Shown here: in pieces, positions 63,008 through 64,000 of the stretch
How the letters are laid out: each line of letters starts with the position of its first letter
How positions within the stretch are numbered: the first letter of the stretch is position 1
Source of the DNA: an uncultured Acidimicrobiia bacterium
GTDB taxonomy: Bacteria; Actinomycetota; Acidimicrobiia; Spongiisociales; UBA4744
Length of the DNA: 64,000 nt
Assembly: GCA_964633745.1 (NCBI GenBank)
Contig: CAZWHZ010000002.1
Span: 5,318 to 69,317, forward strand
Direction: 5' to 3'
Position numbers and translations under genes: made by a program
The notes under the pieces: generated by a model
What the model was told of the DNA's origin: nothing
The model's database searches: none
The model's input: only the letters and a program-made list of their open reading frames with translations

Positions 63008-64000
63008 CTACTTGCGGCTTTCGTACGCCTCGAGTCCAACCTCGATTGTATCGATCGCCGAATCCAGTTCCACGAGGCTCGTGATGAGCGGCGGGATGAA
63101 TCGGATGATGTTCCCATCAGGACCGCAGGAGATGATGATCAGTTCGTGCTTCAATCCAAAATCGGCGAGGAACTGCATTGCATGGGGATCAGGCGCTCTC
63201 GTCGCTAGATCCTGTACCAACTCTACACCGATCATCAATCCGAGGCCCCGAACGTCGCCGACTGTCGGGTGGTCGATCTGGAGTTTCCGGAATCGTTCGA
63301 ACGCGTGGGCGGACAGCTCCCGAGCGTGGGGAAGGAGCCCCTCCATGACGCCGAGTCCGGCCACAGCTGCGGCGCAGGCGACCGGATTCCCGCCGTAGGT
63401 CGTTCCATGGGAGCCGACCGGCCACGCCCCCATGACCTCTGACGATGCCCCATACGCCGAAAGGGGCATACCGTTGGCGATCCCCTTGCCGAGCACGATG
63501 ATGTCGGGATCGACACCGTAGTGGTCGGACGCGAACCACTCGGCTGTTCTGCCGAAGCCCGTCTGTACCTCGTCGAATACGAGCATGATGCCGTGCTCAT
63601 CGGCGATCTCGCGGAGGGCCTCGAGGAATGGCGCAGGTGCCGGGTAGTAGCCACCCTCACCTTGAACCGGCTCGATCAGGAACGCCGCGACGGTCTTCGG
63701 GAGTACCTCGTGCTTGAAGATGCGGCGGAGCCCGTCCAGCGCGAATTGTGTGGCATCCTCGTCACTCATGCCCCAGCGATAGGGGTGAGGGAACGGTGCC
63801 ACCCACACGGAGCCGAGGATAGGGTGGTAGCCATCCCGGTACTTGGCGTTCGAAGTGGTGTAGGAGACCGATCCCATGGTCCTGCCATGGAAGCCGCCTC
63901 GGAACACGACGACTCCCTGTCGCTTCGTCGTGTACTTGGCGAGCTTGACGCCCGCCTCAACGGCCTCCGCTCCGGAGTTCGCAAACCCGAACATGTCGAT
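63008..64000 (-). CDS. Class-III (GabT-like) aminotransferase, 5' end beyond window
   Basis: The ORF is open to the window edge. Motifs FANSGAEAVE, LVFDEVQTGFGRT and VLGKGIANGMP (PLP lysine) are present. Confidence 0.85.
   Translation of the reverse strand: MDMFGFANSGAEAVEAGVKLAKYTTKRQGVVVFRGGFHGRTMGSVSYTTSNAKYRDGYHPILGSVWVAPFPHPYRWGMSDEDATQFALDGLRRIFKHEVLPKTVAAFLIEPVQGEGGYYPAPAPFLEALREIADEHGIMLVFDEVQTGFGRTAEWFASDHYGVDPDIIVLGKGIANGMPLSAYGASSEVMGAWPVGSHGTTYGGNPVACAAAVAGLGVMEGLLPHARELSAHAFERFRKLQIDHPTVGDVRGLGLMIGVELVQDLATRAPDPHAMQFLADFGLKHELIIISCGPDGNIIRFIPPLITSLVELDSAIDTIEVGLEAYESRK

Noticed and set aside
1-64000. Mobile elements, prophage, defence islands, oriC/DnaA-box cluster
   Set aside because: I recognised no transposase, integrase, recombinase, phage structural, restriction-modification or toxin-antitoxin ORFs. 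The tRNA-Gly has no adjacent integrase or direct repeat. I did not spot any DnaA-box cluster, and dnaA/dnaN are outside the window.

Overview
GC-rich window with strong GC3 bias and an actinobacterial-type chromosomal backbone. I saw no transposase, integrase, phage or CRISPR content. About 75 genes are supported. Gene order, left to right:
- yidC(partial)-jag-rsmG-parA-parB with a near-consensus parS.
- A minus-strand operon: pseudokinase, ECF sigma, anti-sigma, membrane protein, trxB, trxA. This matches the M. tuberculosis mviN-sigM-trxB2-trxC neighbourhood.
- GNAT and HDAC-family genes head to head, then pilT, then the CCA-adding enzyme.
- An arginine cluster argCJBD ... argR-argG-argH. It has no argF and is interrupted by an S9 peptidase.
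- An MbfA-like iron exporter, pepP, hlyIII next to an Rv1086-type Z-prenyl synthase, pyrE, nfo, padR-ino1.
- A di-haem cytochrome b module, panB, rpsF-ssb-rpsR-rplI-dnaB, a fadN/fadA beta-oxidation pair, surE, dcd.
- tRNA-Gly(CCC), a CDF transporter, thrB, the tiny ribosomal protein bS22, csoR-copZ-copA, and several oxidoreductase and hydrolase genes.

The most unusual signal is non-coding. Nearly every operon end carries short tandem arrays of 7-nt units. Type 1 is TCRGTYY and usually ends in GTARGAAC. Type 2 is CTNGTAY. Most arrays start a few nt after a stop codon and read in the sense orientation of that gene. They are often paired tail to tail and share spacer modules between loci. I do not recognise this as a described repeat family.

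Other points:
- Twin ArgR operators with identical geometry lie on apparently leaderless argC and argR promoters.
- Three 1-nt frame breaks within 2.3 kb disrupt two genes; two of them sit in short homopolymers.
- Two small genes fall below the ORF-track cut-off: a 51-aa Cys-rich protein and bS22.

All coordinates and counts were derived by hand from the sequence. Homology statements are motif recognition, not database searches.
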